From contig MU058781.1 in assembly GCA_013265495.1 (NCBI GenBank), positions 2,024,158-2,088,157 on the forward strand: 64,000 nucleotides of DNA, in the 5' to 3' direction. The position numbers and the translations under genes were made by a program. Positions 12,785 through 26,120 of this stretch are shown piece after piece. Positions within the stretch are counted from its first letter, which is position 1; every line of letters starts with the position of its first letter. The DNA comes from Vicugna vicugna. Lineage: Eukaryota. The notes beneath the pieces are model-generated. The model had not been told where the DNA came from, ran no database searches, and saw nothing but the letters and a program-made list of their open reading frames with translations.

Positions 12785-13159
12785 AATATGCATTTCTTTA
12801 AAAGGGAAACTCTGATCTGCATTTTGACCACTTTCCCTTCGTGTTGCTGTTGGGCTGGGTTCAGCCATCTCCAAACCGGAAAAGGTTTCATGGACACAGG
12901 GGAGTGATAAGGTAGAGCAGGGAGTATTGTGCACTTGACATTCGATTTCACAGAAACCGGGGGATGACGGAAGTGGAAGGAAGGAAAGTCATCACTCACT
13001 GAGCGCTAGCCGTGTGCCCAGGTCTGCTTGGACACATCTCTCGAAGGTTCTCTCAGAGGCTCCTAATTTTCCTCTGGTTCTCCTCAGAATCTCCAGTATC
13101 AGAGATCAGCCCAAATGGTGAACACACCTCCTGCGAGGTCGTTTATCTGAGTATTAGTA

Positions 13160-13380
13160 AGAACTAATGTTTATCGAGCATGTGACACACGCCAGGGGCT
13201 CTACAGGAATTCCGTCATTCAGTACTCTCGGCACCTTAAGTGATGGTTCTCATTCATATACTCATTTCCAGATAAAATAACTGAACCCTAGAGATTGTAA
13301 GTGACTTGTCCAGAATCAACAGTGCCGTGATTCAAACTCAGGCCACCAGATTCTTGAGATCACCTGTTTAGCCATTATGG
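13160..13380 (-). mobile_element. MIR SINE
   Basis: 'ctcatttccagataaaataactga...gtgacttgtccagaatca...gattcaaactcagg'. Confidence 0.75.
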
Positions 13381-14695
13381 GGTATCACCTTTTAATGAGA
13401 CAGGAAAGGCACAAAATTGCACCTACTCTGGGTATAATTTCCCCCTAAGTTTATGTCTGAGGTCTTCAGGTTCCTTAATTTTTGCCTCCATTTTCTCCTT
13501 AAAGGCATCTTCTCTTCACCTAAGTTACCTATAAGCTGTCCTATATTGTAAACCCCACGACCACCACTATCTCTTTCCTGAAAAAAATTATACAGTATAA
13601 CTTACTCTTTCATACTAATGCTATCTATACCTTTCAGGCATAAATGCATTTTGGGACTTTTTAATCTCTAACTACTAAAGAGAGTAGTTTTTTTTTTTTC
13701 CTTCTGAGAATTTTCAGCTATCAACTCCGTGATAAAGGATCCATTTGTTTCCTGACTATGGCTTTGGGCTGTCTTGGGCTGGAGACAGGCTGGAACGGCC
13801 ATGTGTAAGAACTTTCGCTCAAGGGTTTCCTGCTTCTTTGGAGAGGGCGAGCTCCAGAACCAACTACCAGAAGTGTTCGCTGGGCGATGTGAGATGTAGG
13901 AACAAGTGTCCTGGACTCAGTATCTTCTTGGACCTGTGATTCTGAGGCATTGAGCCTACTGTACCAGAGCATTCAATCATTCGGTCATCCAGTAAGCATG
14001 GCTGCTTTGATTGGCACTGGGGATGATCTGATAACCGAGAAAGACATTGATCCTATTGCCACAGAGCTCACAACACAGAGTAGGAGACAAACATTAAATA
14101 AGAAACTTCAGTGAGAAATGGGCATTGGCCTTTTTCCTTCCTTACTCCATTGACATTGTAATTTTTCTCCCATCCTTTTGCCCCAGGGCTCCCAGATGCC
14201 ATGTATCTAGAACCTTCCTTCCTCCCTTGTGCTAATATCCCATCTTGGACCTTATCTCACTTCTACCTGCGATTGTTATGTTTGGTCCTGGTCACTGCCA
14301 GCAAGAAAACCTGTGGCTTATAGCCCATTTTTCTCTGCCATCAGTGTTTTGGTCATTCCAAACACACAGGATTAGGAACAGTGACAAGAAAGGGAAGAGC
14401 TGATGATCAACTTCAGAGTATCCATCAATTAATTAATTCATTTATTCAGCAAGCATGACATAGCTGGTATCTGCCAGGAATTGAGGTATAGAAAGGAAAA
14501 ACACAGTTTCTGCAGAGTAAAAAGACTAAATTTTCAAAAGCAAGAACCCCATCTCTCTTCTTCATGATTCTATCCCAAATATTTATCTCCTTAGCATAAG
14601 GCAGGAACTCAATTAATATTTGTGAAATAAAAGAATGAATTTATATTTTGACTGAAAAGACAGATATATAAAGAATCTTGATAAAGTGGGATGAC

Positions 14696-16680
14696 CATTC
14701 ATTCAATAAATATTGATTGAGTATGTCCTAAGTGCTACGCGTACTATGTCAAACAAGACAGATGCAGTCTTACCCTTATGAACTTTACGGTTAAAATTTT
14801 GCACAAATAAGTATCAGAGTTGTGATACATAATGTGAAGAATTGTAGGGTCTAGAGAGTATAAAACATGCTACCTGGCATAAAACATAAAAACATGATAC
14901 CAAAACATAAAACATGATACCTGGATCATAAGAAAGCCCTGTAGCTCAGTAAAGCTCAAATTACTTTTGAAAAACTGTAAGTCTGATATGGCTGAAACAT
15001 TTTGAGTAGGGGTATGGGGAGAGTGGAAAGAAACAAGGTTAGAAAGAAAGCAGAGATTGGATCTCCAGGGTGTGGATGGCAAGTTAAGGAGTCAGGGCTT
15101 ATCTCAAGAGCAGTGAGAAGCTTTTCTAAGATTTTAAGCAAGAGCAACGCACAGTGAGTTTTAGTTTTGAGAAAATCACCCTGCTTTGAGATATAGAATG
15201 GGATATCAAAATGGACAGTAGGAGACCAATTAGGGTGCTACTGCAGTAATCTAGGTACGAGATGACATTGACTTGAACTAGGAGGGTGACACTGGAGACA
15301 GAAAAAAAGTGGATGGATCCAAAATATATCTTGGCTGTAGAATCAACAGGCCATGATCATTGGATTGTGGGTGGGGTGGTGGTGACAGTAAGGGAGAGGG
15401 ATTGTCAAACACACTTCCTATCAATCCCATAAATGTGGGTGTCATTTTCTGAGACTGAAAATACTGGAGGAGAATCATGGTTTTTGGAGGAACATTACCA
15501 GTTAGATTTCGGATACTATCACCTTGAGACACTTGTGAGCGATCCAAATGGAAATATTGAATAGTTTAACTGATACACATTGTGTGACTGCCTGGCCCAA
15601 CGTTATTCCTCTAGTAACTATGAAGTGCGCATGTGACCCAATCTGAATCAATCACAATATCTTGACTCCCAGGCTACAGTGACTGATTCATAGAAAATTT
15701 TGTGAGCCTCAATGGACCAATCAAATTCCTTCTCTCAGTCTGAGTGGAGAGAAGAGGGATTTTTTACACTCTGGTTGTAGAGCTGTAAGGGTTTATGTTC
15801 AGAGCTGTTAATGATTATGTCCCCTCGAAGGGGATTATGTGGGTTTGAAAGAATGATGATAACATGCAGAGAGAGAGAGTCAGAGAGAAAGAGTCCTGAG
15901 AGTAACGGAGTTCTCTTGCTTCTGCCCCTGGTTTGGTTACATGAGTTAAGAGTCTCTATCTATCTGCTAAACTCTCTAGTTTTCTCTCTCTCTCTCTCTT
16001 TCTGTTTCTTTGTCTATCTGTCTCCCTTTCTGTTTTATCTGAAGCTAGTCGTGAGTGGGATTTTATCACTTATAACCATGACAGTGCTAGCGATGTAAGT
16101 AAATGGTTGGATTGACAAGCTAGAACTCGTAAGGTGTCATCTTGCCTGAAGACATTTTGTTGAGACTTTATAGAATCTGAAGACAGGAAGTGGACAGGTT
16201 CACCAAGAAAGAAAGGAAAGAGAGAGAAGAATACTGACGTCTAAGCTCTGAGGAACTCTAACACTAAAGACCCAGGAGAGGCAGATGAACTCCCAAGGAG
16301 GCTGAGAGACACGCCCCAAGTCATCAGAGGCAACCAGTAGACGGTGGTATCCCAGAGGCCAAGGGTGTTTAAAAGAGGTGGTGATCAACTATGTAGAATG
16401 TCCCAGGGAGGACAAGTATGATAAGAAGTGAAAAGCAGCCGTGGGATTGGGCAGCATAGAGGTCACTGGTGCCTTTACCAAGAATAAGCTCAGTGAAATG
16501 GAGGGGCCAGAAACCAGCTGCAGTGGACTGAGGAGGAAACAGAGGTGAGGAAGAAAAGCCTGAAACAGTTCTTTTGAGAATCATAGCTGCAAAGGGGAGG
16601 AAATGGGTAGGATGTCACTAGAGAGGGAGATCAGAGAGGGATATTGTTTACCTTTTTTTTTTTCTTTAAAGATGAGAGGC
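14696..16680 (-). mobile_element. LINE-2 (antisense) interrupted by an LTR at 15582-16097
   Basis: 3' end 'cattcattcaataaatattgattgag'; 'gctactgcagtaatctagg'; 'gaggtcactggtgcctttacc'. Confidence 0.8.
15582..16097 (+). mobile_element. Old MaLR/ERVL LTR (MLT1J/K or LTR33-like)
   Basis: 'catgtgacccaatc', 'ggctacagtgactgattca', end 'aagctagtcgtgagtgggattttatcacttataacc'. Confidence 0.65.
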
Positions 16681-19482
16681 ACTAAAACAAAATTATATTT
16701 AAAGATCTATTAAAGCACAGAGGAGAAAGCAGGTAACTCTGCTTGGGTTAGTAGGAAAAGGTTTCCCCAAGGAGATAATGTTGAGCTGGGTCTTAAAGAG
16801 GAAGTAAAACTTTTCCAAAGGAAGAAGGTACTGCATGCAAAAGGAGACTGTAAACCAACACACATGGTGTGTTTAAAGAGAGGTCAATAACTTAGCTTAT
16901 GGAAAATTTTAGTCCTGAATTCTGCTCAGAAGAAAGGGAAACCCATTGAAGATCTTTCTCTACCTTTTATCTTTGCTCTCAATTTCGTCTTTAAAATAAT
17001 GTTAGGCCAGATTATCTTTAAAATTTGTTCCAACAGTAAAATCGACAGCTAATGATCGGTCTTGAATGTTTTGTTAGACTGATAGCAGTACGCCCCCAAA
17101 TGCGTAGCCCATCACAGCGGTTTCCTGAAATTATGCTTTACATTGTGTGATGAGAGGCTTCCAGGAGGCTGGAGGCTCAGCCTAAAGTGGTCTACGTAGA
17201 GAGAAAACAATTATGAAATGTTTCAGAAGTCTGCTGTGTTTTACCTTACAAGTTCATGTGCATCCTATTCCTTAATATATTTGACGTGACTATTGCTAAG
17301 GATGCCCAGGAAGATAGGCCAGTTACATCCTTTAGACTTAAATATTTCCACATAGTTACCTGCGTAAGCTCCGAGCAAGGCTGAGTGTCCCTGGCTGGCT
17401 TCTATTTCCTAGTCTTTTTTCACTTGCCTGCTCCCTGCCAGCTTCATAGAGGCAGAGTCTGAGTGCCAGCTCTCTGCACAAGTGAAATATGACGGAACCT
17501 GGGGATAGAGAGGAAGGGAGCTTTAAGGGTAGCTTAACTGAGTTAACTGCTCTTTATAAATGCCCTGGGCCAGAGGGAATCAAGTAATTGCATTATGAGC
17601 CTTAGCATCTTAGCTACTCACATATCATATTATTCACATCCACTTGGGTGTATGAATTTTCTTTACAGAAGAATATGAGATATAAAAGCCGCATAAAATT
17701 GCCTGAAAGAAAAAAAAACACACATTAATTGGATTCTTGGCAAATGACTGAAAAAATGTCCCAGAACTGATGAAGCAAGTTATTTTTAGACAACTTTGCC
17801 CTAAAATATGTTGGTGCCTCTGTGAATGAGTTCATAACACATGCTAAAAACTCCTTTGGCTTGATCCTGCAAGAAAAAAAAAATCTCCATTTTTCCTTTT
17901 TATTACACAATAAAATAAAATGAGCCGTCTCCCAGTGCCGTCTCTTGGAAGCATTTCTCAATTGAAATTTCCTTTTTTCTGCTTCCATCTTCATGTTTGT
18001 CTTCATCTGAGCCCTCCTCTTTTTTTTTATATGCCCTACTTTTGTAACCTAAAGACATTGATAGAAATGTAAGTTCCTTCCACCATTCATTTAGTATTTT
18101 CATTGTCCCTGTTTTTAACCCATGAGCTCACCCTTATGATTCATCAGATTTCTAACGAAAAAGCTGAGGACTAACGCTTTATATGGCATTGCAAGGCAAG
18201 GATTAAGCCACTGGTAGTTACAGAGATCTGACGCTGTGATAAGAGATGGGCCAGTGATTAGAAGACCTCACCTACTTGGTCTTAAAATGGAATTAGTCCA
18301 GATGGTGCCAATGGGAATTAAGGGACTGCATGGTCCCAGAGCAAACACAATGCCTGTCTTTTGGATGCTCTTAATCTCAGAGGTAAAAGAGGGAAACAGG
18401 GCTTTCTGAGGCCTGGCCACACATTCCCCAGTGATTATAGGACCAAATACTCATGATTCAAAGTGACTGGTTATCAGATACTAGAAACATCTTCTAAATC
18501 ATTAAAGGATTTAAAGGTCTGCTTGATGGTCCCATGTTATTGAAATTAATGAGTTTTAAAGTCATTCATTATTTCTGAGGTTGCATCTACAGAGGTTTTC
18601 AACAATCTTGGCCATATATGTCATTGGAAGGGAAGACAAATTTACTTCTAGAAAGCAAGACATGGATATAGATATGTTTCCTTAGTGTCTGTTTACTTTT
18701 TTTACAGAACCTCTACAGTGTATGTCCTAGACAAATATCAGCAACTCTATGCAAACAGACATACTTACAGTGCTTCCTTCTTTGTGTTTGTAGCAGCCTA
18801 GAAGTGGACATCAGAGTTAAAGTAGATCCTTAGCATATGTATTGCTTTTAGGGGCTAGGAAAATCCAGAGCCTTCTGGACTCACATGTTCTTGCCCCTTA
18901 AATTATTCCCTATACTTTCTGATGACTGAAGTTATCAATTTCTAGTTTTTGAGTGTAAGCTCAAAACTCTACTAAAATGCACATAGTCTAATTGAAACAT
19001 TTTTATATCATTATTCATTTCAACTTTAATGTGAATGAAGATTCTGAGAGGCTGTGACTTAAGAGTGGAGAGGAAAGCTGGGTTACTGAGTGATATTGGG
19101 TGGTAATGAGGAAAGATTTGCTGAGGGTGGAAAGGAATAAATCCTGACTTTGCTTAATTCAACAGTTGTGCATGGGCTGGCCTTGTTCTCAGCCGTGAAA
19201 CAAGCACAATTCCTTCAAAAGGAGGAGATGCCAAACTTTTCTGTAACTAGGAATGGGGTACACATTGCCCTGGAACCCAAGGCCAGCTCTCATCTCTGGA
19301 GGACCGCTCTGCAGGCATCTCCAATCTCTGTCAATGTGGGCAAATCACAGTGACTTCTTTTCAGAGCTCTGAAGCATTTGTGTCTCTCACGCAATTTTCA
19401 TGGCTCACTTTCTTGCTGCCGGTTACAGACTGGACTTTCGACGTGGAGCGATGCTTCCTGTCAAGTTGTAGAGTTTGCACAC

Positions 19483-19685
19483 AGAGTTTTCTTTTCTTGT
19501 GATGTCTCTGTGTTGCTATCAGGGTAATTCTGGCTTTAGTACAGTGAGCTGGAAAGTGTCCCCTTATCATTTATTTGGGGGGAAGGTTTATGAAGGATAG
19601 GTACTCTTCTTTAAACATTTGGTAGAACATATCAGTGATGCCACCGGACCCGAGCTTTTCATTGTGGAAAGTTTTTTGATTACTA
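19483..19685 (-). mobile_element. Old L1 ORF2 fragment
   Basis: 'atcagggtaattctggct...ttctttaaacatttggtagaa'. Confidence 0.75.
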
Positions 19686-19689
19686 CATT

Positions 19690-19920
19690 GCAGAGAAAAA
19701 GAAAGCAGATTAGTGGTTGTCTGATGACCACCAGGTAGTGGCTGATTGTCTAGTAACTGCTAAGCGGTGGAGGGTTTCTTTTTAGGGTGATGAAAATATT
19801 CTAAAATTAGATTGTGGTGATGGTTGCACAACTGTGTGGAAATACTGAAAACACTGAATTGTTCACTTTGAGTGAACTCCATGGTATGGGAATTATATTT
19901 TAGTAAAGCTGTTTAAGAAA
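19690..19920 (+). mobile_element. L1MB-type 3' end
   Basis: 'agattagtggttg...gggtgatgaaaatattctaaaattagattgtggtgatggttgcacaact'. Confidence 0.85.
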
Positions 19921-20290
19921 CAGGCATTGATTCTTCTCATCATCTCGAGTCTTTGTTTTCAGTATATTTTTAATTTCTGCTTTTTTTCCTCCTTTTTAAT
20001 TTCTTTAGGTTTGCTCTTTTTTTCTAGCTTATTAAGTTGCAAGTTTATTCATTTTCAATTTTTAATTAGTTTACTTAAAGTTATATATTAAAAACATTTT
20101 AGCTACATCTAACAATCTTTAAAGTAATACATTTATTCTGTTGTAAATATTTTGTAATTGTCATACATTTCTATGTCGCTAAAATTATAGCTTCCAAATA
20201 CATAAAATATATGAACATTCTGCAATGTCTACTGTGATTTGTTTTTCCCTATGACTTAGAAGCACATGTGTTTTTTAAATATGTGTTCAT

Positions 20291-20429
20291 AGGGGAAGGG
20301 TATAGCTCAGTGATAAAGAGCATGCCTGGCATGCAAAGGTTCTGGGTTCAATCCCTAGTATCTCCATTAATTAAATAAATAATTAAATCTAATTACCCTC
20401 TCCCACCAAAACAAGAAGAAACAAACAAA
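20291..20429 (+). mobile_element. Camelid tRNA-Ala-derived SINE (Vic-1-type)
   Basis: 'ggggaagggtatagctcagtg...gggttcaatccctagta...aattacc'; flanking repeat aaatatgt at 20277-20284 and 20430-20437 following TTTTTT/AAAT. Confidence 0.9.
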
Positions 20430-20867
20430 AAATATGTTTGTGTTTACTACTGCTTGATGGGCTTATTGTTATTATTATGTAGTGCCCATATTTATTATTA
20501 TTAATGTGTTATTCCTGAAATTCTATTTTGTCTAATATTGATAGTTACACAAAATTTCTTTGGTTATTAATTGAATGGTCCCACTTTTCCTACAACTTTC
20601 AACCTTTCTCTGTGATTGTGTTTTCGATTTTGTTTAGCATTTCTTATAAACCACAGATAGCTGGGTTAAAAAAAATCAATCTGTTAATCTCTGTCATTTA
20701 GCAGGAAAGTTTATTCTGTTTTCAGTTGTAATCACTGATATATTTGCACTTATTTCTACTACCTGATTTTTTTTACTACTTATTTTTATTGGATTTAAAA
20801 ATATATATATACTTCCATGCTTTTTTTGGATAAGGTTGTTGTGTTTCGTTTTTGTTAACTGTTGCTG

Positions 20868-21102
20868 TTTTTTTTTTAACATTTTTTATTGATTTATAAT
20901 CATTTTACAATGTTGTGTCAAATTCCAGTGTAGAGCACAATTTTTCAGTTATACATGAACATATATATATTCATTGTCACATTTTTTTTTCTCTATGAGC
21001 TACCATAAGATCTTGTATACATTTCCTTGTGCTATACAGTATAATCTTGTTTATCTGTTCTACAATTTTGAAATCCCAGTCTGTACCTTCCCATCTTCTG
21101 CC
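20868..21102 (-). mobile_element. 5'-truncated camelid L1 3' end
   Basis: Poly(T) then reverse complement of the L1 terminus, collinear with 39230-39470; TSD core ctgttgctg at 20859-20867 and 21103-21111. Confidence 0.92.
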
Positions 21103-23125
21103 CTGTTGCTGGTATTTTTAAAATATTATCCACATGTCTTTTCTCTCTGTGGTTTGGAAGCATTTCTATTATGTTAATTTTATTATTTCTATTATTTTAA
21201 TTATCATATCCAACTTTGGACTATAATATTTTTTCTAAAGTCTAAATTTATTCAAGAAACTTTGGAAGGTTACACACTCCCTGGGCATATTTAACTACTT
21301 ATTAAACAACCGCTTCCTGGAGTTTTCAGAGTTTTCTCCCAAATTGCTAAAATAGCTTTTTAAATAGTTGATACTATATTAAATTAATCAACATGTTTTG
21401 TTAATAATACGTTCACCATTATTTTCTTGTATCCCATGCCCTCTCTCTAGGTCCAGTTTTTTAACCTTAGATACATCCTTTAATATTTACACTCGTGAGC
21501 ATCAGCTGATGGTAAACTCTCTTGCTCTTTATAAATCTAATAGCACCTTTATTTCTCTTCCTTTTTTAAAAACGATAGTTTGTCGGGGTATAAAAGTTTA
21601 GACTGAAATAATTTCACTTAGCATTTTGAGGACATTACTCTTTTATCTCCTAGTATCTACTGTTGCTGTCAGTCTGTCAGTCCTTTGTAAGTACTCTGTC
21701 TTTTTACACTTTTTAACTTCTTTTCAATCTTTTTAAAAAGATTCCCCCCCCCTTTGTTCTGTATGATTTGCAGTCTCATTATATTTGTTACCTTGTGGTA
21801 ATTGATATTTATTTATCCCTCTGGGTCCTTAGACTTAATTTTTACTCTGAGGATGTACTTTTTCAGTTCTAGAAAAACATTAGCAAATACCTCTTCAAAT
21901 ATTGCTTTTTTACCTTTCTGGAAAATTCTGTTAAATAAATACATTAGGTATTTCCATTTATCCTCTAAAATCTTTAACTTTCTGTCATGTTTTTCTTTCT
22001 CTGTCTTTTTGTGATGCAGTCTAGTAAAATCCTCAGAGCTATCTTCCAGCTCCCTCGTTCTGTACTGTCTAGTTGCTATCAAAACTTTTTTCAACAAATA
22101 TGGTTTTCATGTCTAAATTTTTTACACTGTTTCTTTTAGATATACCTATTTTATTTAATTTATTCTTGCTTTTGCTTGCCAATTCTGTTCTATTTTTAGT
22201 GGTTGTTAAATTTTTTCACTTATTATCACCCCAAGGGTCTCTGTCGGGTTATTCTTGTACTTTAATTTTTCTTGGCTAACATGTATTCTTCTTGGTGATT
22301 TATGTTGGCTCTCTGTCTTAGCATTACTTTGTTTTGGGTATCATGGTTTCTAGGCTCATTCTGAGACGGAATTAATTTTTTCTTTTTGGTTTTTTCCTTC
22401 TCTGCATATCCCTCTCTCTCTAGTCATTTTTATGATTGCCTCCATCTGGCTTCTTGGGGCTTGTCGACCAAACAAGTCTTACGTTACTGGTCTGGAGCTC
22501 ACATACCTTAAGGATTATGGCCTCAAGGATTAAGGTTTATGGCAGTCTGGTCATAGAGCCAGCAGTTAGCTCCTTTCAGGTCCTGGAGATGAGGTTGTTT
22601 TTATCTTCTACCAATTCAGAGGCAATATTCCCAGGCAACGATTAGCAGAGGTTTTCTCAGCCTTTATATTACTACTCCTATTCTTACTTTTATTATTATT
22701 TTCAATAAGGGCGAGTTCCTGCCCAGTTTCCAGCTTGAGTCCTGTTGCCACTTCACACACAGTAATTTTAGTTACCGTAACCTCAGACGAGAGAAACTCC
22801 CAGGTGTCTTCGCTTGCTTCCTGCCCCAGAAGCAGAACCACATCTTTGTGCCAAAAGCCACTGATCGACTTGCTTTGGTCTGTGTACCTGGTCCATGTAG
22901 GTGCTTACTGTGTTTTGAACCTGCTTATATCCTTATTTACACTTTGCCTGTCATTGTACTTATTTGAAGTGGGAAGAGTGGGTGTACAAAGCATGTACTT
23001 ACTAATACAATCTCAGTGCTGCCTTAGGCTGATTCTTGCTTAAATACAATTTGCAAATTGCTTGAAAAATACTTTGAGTCCAACTGAAATAAACACTTTC
23101 TTAATGCTTTCTTAAATTTCAGAGC

Positions 23126-23424
23126 AGTATTGTCCAATAAAACACAAGCCACACATATACTTTTAAATTTCTAGCAGCTACACTAAAAACATTTTTTAAA
23201 TAGGTAAAATCAACTCTCATATTTTAGTTAACCCAATATATCCAGCATATTATCATTTTAAAATAAAATCAGTATAAAATTATTAATAAGATAGTTTATT
23301 TTTCATACTAATTCTTTGAAATTTAGTGTATATTTTATACTTACAACACATCTGAATTCAGAGGAGCCATGATTCAAATGCTCAGCAGCCCCAAATGGTT
23401 AGTGGCCCCATACTGGACGATGAA
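23126..23424. mobile_element. MER33 hAT-Charlie DNA transposon
   Basis: 'ttgtccaataa...aacccaatatatcc...ttatacttacaacacatct...atactggac'. Confidence 0.85.
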
Positions 23425-24879
23425 AATTTATAGTATCTATAAAGTGATTGTAAGTTTAATTACCACCACTTTGGACTTTTTAAACGTTTTTTTTCCAAGA
23501 ATTTTGTTAAGTAATTAAGACTCACAGAGGCCAAAATTAAATGGCCTCAAAAGCTATACCGTCCTCTATGTTCTACTTGTCATGACAATGCTAGTATATT
23601 TGGAGAACTCTCCTTTGCTTCTTTCTCTAAACTGAGGGAAAAGATAGTGAAAAGTCTTATGTGTACAAATTTACAATAGAAATAAGACCATTTAGTCTTT
23701 CAATCTTGAAAAACTGGTTTCTGATAAATCAGTTTTCATTTCTTCTGACAACACAACATGAGAAAATTTAAATACCTAATGCGTAAATTAAGAAGTTAAT
23801 TTAATTGAGTTTAAACTCAATTTACTACCAAAAAGCATTTGAGGGTATTGATAAGAATCAGAAAGGAGTCAGAAGTGATAGTTCATAGGTTTATATGGAT
23901 TTTTTTCAGTTATGATTAATTTTCAATTCCCCCTAGACAAAGGATATTTGGTTTTTTGAGTGTTCTAACAATGATTTGGACAGGCTGTTTAGTCTCACAT
24001 CCCAGGTATCCCAGGCAGCTAGATAGATCTCTTCAGATGCAAGAACTTGTCTCCAACCCGGGTATTAACAAATCTTGCTACTTCTAGGGCAAGTAAGCCT
24101 TTCAGAGTACATGGTTACATTATTAAATCACTTGTTTTCTAAAGCATGGGACTACCTTCTCTCAAGATCTCTAAATCATACCCCTTTATAAAACTGTTAA
24201 TTTTTACAGCTTAGAAACATTGCTAGTTCATCAGCCTCCTGATTTTACAGCCAATCTTCAGACATGCTAATTTGTCACATCTTTTGAATCTCCTTTCCCC
24301 AGTAATTCCCAATCATGTCCTATTTAATGAGAACAATGCCGGTAATCATATTGGTACATAGCCTTTTTCTCTTTGGAATCTCCAAATAGTTTCCAGATTG
24401 GTTTCGTGGGGGGTCAGTTTTCAAAAAGTCCTTGTGAAGAAAGAGGGGGAGGGAATCAGTTCCCAATCAGGGCAGTGAGGGGTGAGGCCAGGATGGGATT
24501 GAATCTTACCTGTGTCATTCAGTCCATCTGTGCTGTAACATTTCCATCCTGACCCAAAGTCCAATGAGCTGAAATGTACCTATTTGGCAGGGATTCCTTT
24601 TATACTGGCTAGGGAGCCAACATGCTGTCATCACAGCTGGACAGGACAAGTTCCAGGAATTTAGAAATGGTTCTTGACATAATGGGAAGTATTTTTGTGT
24701 CTGTGCATCAGGAATGAGTCATCTCCTACGTAAGTAGTAAGTGGCACTGCCCTACCCCCAGCTCTTTCTATCTCAGTTACCCTGGTTTATTGTTCCCAGT
24801 GGCGCTGGTTCCCTAGGGCAATGTGCCTTCCTTCAGGTGGTTAAGAGGAGTTAGAGAAACCTAGACTGAGATCATAGCA

Positions 24880-25055
24880 GCGCTATAGTGTGTGAGCTGT
24901 GAGGTCTTGAGCAAATTCTTTGGCTTTCAGGCATTTCAGGCATGAAATGGAGCAATAATATCTACCTTACAGGTTGATTGAGGGGTAGATGATATAAAAA
25001 GCTCAGCCAAGCACAGGACCTGGCCTGCAGTAAGCACTCAACAAAGGGTGGCTAT
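24880..25055 (+). mobile_element. MIR SINE
   Basis: 'gctgtgaggtcttgagcaa...aaatggagcaataatatctacc...taagcactcaaca'. Confidence 0.7.
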
Positions 25056-25988
25056 TTGGAAAAAAATAAACTACTGTTCCAGTGGTTTCCAACTTGGAAA
25101 GCTAACAGAACTCAGAACCCTCATTTCAACCACAGAGGTTTAAGCCTCAGGGCAAAGTCACATTTCTTCAAGGACGGGGCAGAGACCTGGGGCTGCCCCT
25201 AGTCCTAGGGGCTCTAGGGCAGCAGAAAACATTTAGGTGTTTTCTGGCAAATCTCAACACAGTCTTCAAGAATACCTCGTTCCACACATGGGGGCCAGAG
25301 GCTGGCTTCATACCCCAGCCCAGTGAGGACAGCTGCTGAGAAGGGGAGCGGCTCATAATACCCCACAGCATGTGGCTTTCAACAGACAGAAGGGGCAACA
25401 TCTGGCTCAGCCCCCTCTGGTGGGGCTGGGGCAGGGGTAGTTACCAAGGCTGGGGCAGGGGTTATTCCTAAACTCCTGTTGACCAGCTCCTTCCCAGCCC
25501 TGGTGCTAAAACAGCAGAGTTAGGGTGGCATCAGCTGACTCACAGCCTGACCCCTCATCTTTGGAAAGAAGAGATTCTGGGGCATTCCTGCTTCTCCTCC
25601 CCAGGCCCTCACGGAGGAGGCATACCTCTGACAGTGAGTGTTGAGTGCATGAAATCTTATCTGCTTCTCAAAGCACAGAAAAAACACTTTACCAGTCATT
25701 TTAAATAAGTGGCATTGCAAAAATGCAACATTAAACTGATAAGCATTTCTGAAAGTTCCCAGAGTGGGTAGAGGTAGGAGCACTTCAAATGAGAGCTAAT
25801 GATATAATGTGATAAATGAGACAGAGATGTGAAAAGCCACTTCTGGGTTGTCTGCACTTTTACGCCTGCGAGATGTTGTTATTATTACTAATACGCAGGG
25901 TGGATTTTTCAGATTAAGAAAAGGGAGGTGGAAGGATTTCAGAGACAGGGCATGCAAATAAAGATATCTATTAAAACACATATGTGCA

Positions 25989-26120
25989 GGGGGGGGAGGG
26001 CATAGCTCAGTGGTAGAGTGCGTGCTTAGCATTCATGAGGTCCTGGGTTCAGTCCCCAGTACCTCCATCTAAATAAATAACCTAATTACCTCCTGCCCAA
26101 AAAACGAAAATATTTTTTTA
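25989..26120 (+). mobile_element. Camelid tRNA-Ala-derived SINE (Vic-1-type)
   Basis: 'ggggagggcatagctcagtggtagagtgcgtgcttagc...gggttcagtccccagtacctcca'; TSD aaaacacatatgtgca / aaaaccacatctgtgca. Confidence 0.93.

Larger units (their letters stand above)
19930..23030 (-). mobile_element. Old L1 (L1ME/L1M5-like) ORF1-ORF2 and 5' region, decayed, hosting a younger SINE and L1
   Basis: Strongly T-rich + strand; ORF 21813-22097(-) is K/E-rich and L1 ORF1-like ('KAIFEEVFANVFLELKK'). Confidence 0.65.

Noticed and set aside
14881..14921. Short tandem duplications (also 678-716 and 45562-45600) as a CRISPR-like or organised array
   Set aside because: Only 2-3 units with no regular spacers; ordinary slippage duplications in eukaryotic DNA.
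24504..24590. Minus-strand donor CAG|gtaaga with possible upstream acceptors
   Set aside because: Acceptors lack a good polypyrimidine tract; indistinguishable from chance.
25989..26070. Functional tRNA-Ala(AGC) genes (also at 12666, 20291, 43496)
   Set aside because: Mutated stems, AATAAA-type tails and flanking TSDs identify them as SINE copies.
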